Source: Salpingoeca rosetta
Taxonomy: Eukaryota; Protista; Choanoflagellata
Direction of reading: 5' to 3'
Assembly: GCA_033442325.1 (NCBI GenBank)
Contig: JAWQFM010000016.1
Coordinates: forward strand, 973,679 to 1,037,678
DNA: 64,000 nucleotides
Below, piece by piece: positions 49,924-64,000 of the stretch; position 1 is the stretch's first letter, and each line of letters starts with the position of its first letter. Both the position numbers and the translations under genes were made by a program. The notes beneath the pieces were generated by a model. That model was not told the DNA's origin and did no database searches. It saw only the letters and a list, made by a program, of their open reading frames with translations.

Positions 49924-50246
49924 GATCGATGGTTGTAGTGTGGTCTGTTCGCTCTGCCTCTCTGCCACACACCAACACACACACACGCAGCAGCGGATAC
50001 GGAGCGAGTCTTGCTTGTTTGGCACACGACTTTCCGCACAAAACAAACAGCTGATGTGCGTCCCAATTTCGCCCAAATTATTATGAACGATACCAACAAA
50101 TCATCGTCATTTTTGAGACAAACACCACAAATTGAGCGCGCCACTGAACGACCAGCGAGTGAAAGCGGAACACGTCTACGGTGTTTTGAATCGAGCGGCA
50201 CCACCACCACCAACCACCAACCAACCACAACAAGCAAACCACAAAG

Positions 50247-51132
50247 ATGTCTGTTGCGAGTGTGCTTGTGCTGGGCTCGTCGTCCAAGTGGCGACGGCAG
50301 CAGCTGGAGGAGCAAGGATACACGTTTGAGGCCATGGCGGCGGATATCGATGAGCGCGCTGTGACGGTGGATGGCGACGAGGACGGGCGTGGTGTGAGCG
50401 ACCCTTCCAAACTCACGCTGGCCATCGCCAACGCAAAAGCCGACGCCCTCGTCCCAAAGTGTCCACCAAACAGCTTCCTCATCACCAGCGGTACGCATCA
50501 TCATCAAGTACACGTGCGTGTGTGCGTGTGTGCGTGTGTGCGGTGGGATGTACACGCCATGGTCGACAGGTGTATCAGCTTGCTCTCAATGAATCATCCT
50601 TTTCTAACGCAACATGTACACACACACACACAACACACACGCACACAACACATGCACACACGCATACACACACAACACACACACACACACACACACACAC
50701 AACACACAACACAACACACACAACACACACACATGCACACATGCACACACAGATCAGGTTGTGCATTACAAGGGAACGATCCGGGAAAAGCCAGAAACGC
50801 CCGAGATGTGCAAGGAGTACCTTCGCAGCTATGAGACGGTGCCGGCAACGACAGTGACGGCTGTCGTCGTGACAAACGTGGCGACGGGAGAACGCTTCCA
50901 GCAAGTGGACATTGCATCGCAACAGTTCAAGCCCATCCCAGAGGCAGTGATGGATGAGGTCATCGAGGGAGGCAAGGGAGATGTCATGTACTGCTGCGGT
51001 GGTTTCATGATCGACCACCCGAAGCTTCAGCCATACCTGGGGGAGAGAAAGGGTTCCGAGGACAGCATCCTGGGCATGCCCCTCGCTGTCTTGGAGTCCT
51101 TGCTGGATAAGGCCGGCTACAAGAAGGAGTGA
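50247..51132 (+). CDS. maf: Maf-family nucleoside triphosphate pyrophosphatase; exons 50247-50490 and 50753-51132
   Basis: Motifs LVLGSSSKWRR, ADIDE, LAIANAKA, LITS/DQVV, IREKP, CCGGF and DSILGMP. The splice rebuilds the catalytic Asp codon. Confidence 0.92.
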
Positions 51133-51461
51133 TCTAGCGAGACATGTGGCATGTGACGTGCGTGATATGTGACACATGACTAATGTAACGAATACCCTTG
51201 CTTGCTTCCACCTTTCATCTCTCTCTCTCTCTCTGTCTTTCTGTCTCTCTGTCTCTCTTTTTCTCTCCCTGGCCACACACTGTTATCTTGTCTTGGTGCA
51301 TCATCGACTGTCTGTCTCTGTCTGTCGATTCGACACACCCACATGATTGAAGTTCACATCACAACCCTGTTGTGGCACCCCATTAAATTGCAAGGCACAT
51401 CGCCTGCCTGATGCCCGCTGAGCGCGTATCGCGTGTTGTTGTTTCGACACATCACACCGTG

Positions 51462-53540
<2,079 letters not shown>

Positions 53541-53761
53541 GCGACATGCATACACCACAGACAGACAGACAGACACACGCACGCACGCAGACACACACAC
53601 ACACCCTTCCCTGTTGTTTGGGGTGTCAATGTCGATCAGCAGCAGCGTTCAGTTTGTTCGTCTATCATGGAGGAGACAACACGCAAGCAAAGACAATCAA
53701 GCCGTCCAAGCACAACCAACAACAGCAGCGACAAGCACGCGCATGTGTGCGAAAAAGCCAC

Positions 53762-53850
<89 letters not shown>

Positions 53851-54298
53851 ACACAGACACAGACACAGACACACACACATCGAGCTCGGGTATGAAACGG
53901 GAAAAAGGGAAAGGGGAACGAGTGCAAGAGGAGGGAGAACAGACCCCGAGGAAAAGGGGAACAACAGGATGGAACGCACGCATGTGTGCAACAACGGTTG
54001 CTGCTGAGCTTACTAAGGAAGCAATCGTGAAAGACAACAACACAAACCAATCAACCAACCAACCAACCAACCAACAGAACAGAGGGGACACAACCAAACA
54101 CATCATCCCCAAGCCTGTTCTTCGGGTGCGCTTACTCCAGTGTGTGGACATGTACAAAACAAAAACCCCCCACTTCATGATGTAACCCGCCGCCACCACC
54201 ACCATCCGCGTCACGATCATGATCATGATCATCGTCATCATCATTAATGATCGCCGTCAACACTCAACATTCATGTCACTGCTCATTCATCATCAACG

Positions 54299-54611
54299 TC
54301 AAGTCTTGAGCACCTCGATGGAGCTGCCCCAGGTGATGCCAACCCAGCTCGTGTCGACGGTCGACCACTGCACCTGGTTGATGGGCCCGTCGGGCTCGTA
54401 GCACAGAATCGGCTCCGGCGCTCGCTGCAGACACATGATGAAAGGGGGGTGGGGGTGGTTGAGGTGGTTAAGGATGGTTGTAATGATGGAGAGTGAGAGC
54501 AGGGTTATGTTTGCATGCTCAAACCGAGTCACAAGACTCTCAAAATGTAGCAACTGCGGAAGCAGCAGCAGCAAGAGCAACAGCAACAACAGCAACAAGA
54601 ACAACAAGAAG

Positions 54612-54661
<50 letters not shown>

Positions 54662-55359
54662 CGACAGCCAGTGTCAACGCACCATGGGGATGTTGCAGAT
54701 GTCCCAGATGAGGGTGCGCTTGTCGTCCGAGACAGTGATGAGGTGGGCGGCAGAGTGCGGTGCCCACACAGCGCCGTTGCACGCGCCAGAATGGGCGTTG
54801 AGCACAGCCAGCGACATGCACGGCATGCGAATGTCGATAATCACGACAGAGGGGTCGTCAATCTTCACAACCTGGGTTGGGTGGTGTGTGATCGGCGATG
54901 AGGTGCGGCAAGGGCACGGGAAACATGGCGCGTGCATCAACACACACAAACACACACACACACAGACACAAACACAGAGACAGACACAAAGAGACATAAA
55001 CACAGATACACAAACACACACACACACACAAACAAACAAAACAAACACAGTCAAAAAGCACACTTTCCCCCTCGTTCTCTGTCCAAGCGCGCCGTACCGC
55101 GAGATAGTTTGGGTCCTGCTTGTTGCATGCGAGACGGAGCAGGGGCTGGTTTCCCTCGTCCTCATAAACAATCGTCGAGTGGTCGAGCGAGCGCAGGTCA
55201 AACATGCGCACAGAGGCGTCTGCAGACACGGACGTGAAGATGTTGACGTCGTTGGAGTATGCGACGTCGTACACCTCCTGGTCGTGGGCAATCAGCTGCG
55301 ACTTGACAGAGCCCATCGCCCGCCCAGCCGCTTTCTCCGCCTGTGTGCGGTTATGCGCA

Positions 55360-55399
<40 letters not shown>

Positions 55400-56068
55400 C
55401 GCGTGTGTGTGTGTGTGTGTGAGTGGAAGAAGATAGGAGGGAGGAGGCAAGCAGAGCCAGGATTTGCACCAGCCAATGCTGCACGAATTGGCGTGCTGTT
55501 GCAACACCCTCAGAAGTAGAGTTCAAGGACCAGGTATCTGCGGTCATACCGTGATGTTCCAGACAGTGCAGGTTGTGTCGATGCTCGATGTGACAATGAA
55601 GTTGGGGTCCACTTCATGCCAGTCAAACGAGGTCAGCGGCGCACAGAACTCTGACGTCTTGTTCTGTCACCATGCAACACAGCAATGAACACAGCAATGA
55701 AACACACACACATACACGCACACGCACACATGAGTGAGACGATACAGTGATGACGACGGATGTCGTATGTGGGTGCTGGCGTGTGGCAACGGCACAAGTG
55801 GAAGGCGCGCGTGTGTCTGAACAGGTAAGCAACTGCCAACTTACGTTGTTGAGGATAACCTCGAGGTTCGTGCGGTTCCTGCCGCCCTCGCCTTCACCGA
55901 CGCGCCACAAGCGCAGATAGTCACCGGTGGTCGCAAACAGCTCTGGCCGTGTCTCCTCCTGTGAGCGGGTGAGTGTGTTTGTGCGTGTGCGTGTGTGCGT
56001 GTGTGTGTGTGTGTGTGTGTGAGTGAGTGAGTGTGTGTGTGTGTGTGTGTGAGTGAGTGTGTGAGTGC

Positions 56069-56101
<33 letters not shown>

Positions 56102-56678
56102 TGCGTGCGTGTTGAATGTGTGGGTTGTGCCTCAGCATGCAAACACCCAAAAAAGGCATGGATGCATCATGGGCACTCACGGGGTCTGGAATCCACTGGA
56201 TCTTTGTGGTTGGATACGGGTGGTCCACTTGGCTGTGCACCTCAAAGTCTCCCGTCTCCTCGTTGATGTCCAAGATTTGCACCTGCAAAGCACCAACTCA
56301 TGAGCCATCAGGAGACAGACAGAAGACAGACAGGGAGACAAGAAGACAGAGAGACACTTGCAAGTTTACAGAGAGAGACACACACGCACTCGCACACACA
56401 GACACACACACACGCACACAGACACACACACACGCACACAGAGACAACCAGGCTGACAAACAGGCAGATGCATCCTCCTCCCCGCTCCCCCAAACATCCA
56501 CACAACCACAACGCGCACCAACCTTGTTCTTATACTCCTCGATGAACGAGCCGGCCGCAAGGCGAAACGGCTTTGTCTTTGCGCGAGAAAACGCAAGGCT
56601 GTACACGGGCCATGGCGCCGAGTACTTGAACATGTCCTTCTTGGACGCCTCTTTTGCAGAAGACGCACCGTCACCCAT
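54299..56678 (-). CDS. DCAF7: WD40 protein DCAF7/WDR68 (AN11/TTG1-like), multi-exon
   Basis: Motifs [82 protein letters not shown] and [19 protein letters not shown]. Confidence 0.95.
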
Positions 56679-56689
56679 CTCGATGGTCG

Positions 56690-56738
<49 letters not shown>

Positions 56739-57249
56739 ACACAAGAGTAGTTGGAAGAAAAGAGAAGAAGACAGACACAAACAACAAAAGGAACTGTACA
56801 AAGTAAGGAAAAGAGTTGCCTTTCAATGAGCGTACAAGTCTCTCTGTGTGTGATTGCAGTGCCACGACTGCTTCAAGTCACACCCACTCAGCAAGTAGTC
56901 GAAGCCAAACCAAAGACGCCTCTCCCTCTGCTCGCTTTGGTCGTTAGATGTTTCTGTGTGGGTGGATGGAATGTCGCTGCTTGCTTGTCTTGCTTGTTGT
57001 CGTCTTCTTGTCTGTTGTTGTTGAAGGCGGCAGGCGAAAAAAAAATAAAAAATTCGAAGTCTCATATTTTTCACGCAACACCACAAAAAGTAGCGACATC
57101 AAGGCGGCAGCTGCGCGAGAAAGCCAAAAAGACAACGCGCACACACGTGGTTTTGGTGTTTGAGCTGAGCTGAGCAAGTGGTGCGCGCTCAGAGAGACAG
57201 GTATACACACACACACACACACACACAGGTACACACAGATACACACAGG

Positions 57250-64000
<6,751 letters not shown>

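Overview
This is a eukaryotic, gene-dense, GC-rich window whose introns are packed with (CA)n/(GT)n microsatellites. That style suggests a choanoflagellate such as Salpingoeca rosetta (inference). I can support 16 protein-coding genes. In order they are: VPS13D-like (minus strand, runs off the left edge), SEC62, a tail-anchored omega-like GST, two tandem intronless divergent actins, OGFOD1/Tpa1, a bacterial-type ferrochelatase fused to a ~260-aa N-terminal hydrophobic domain, a GT11 fucosyltransferase-like gene, a third divergent actin, a divergent PICK1 (PDZ+BAR), an intronless TIR-linker-ARM protein, CDT1, a Maf pyrophosphatase, an NmrA-like protein with a signal peptide, DCAF7/WDR68 and TBL3/UTP13 (runs off the right edge). 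Three things stand out. (1) The three actin paralogs are mosaics of one another, have altered ATPase and polymer-contact residues, and each lacks one residue of the K50/E270 pair cross-linked by bacterial ACD toxins. (2) The TIR-ARM protein keeps a likely catalytic Glu and looks like a SARM1-type module in reverse order. (3) The ferrochelatase is a fusion and a possible horizontal acquisition. Most ORFs in the supplied track are microsatellite artefacts. Gene models and alignments were done by eye and no database searches were run.
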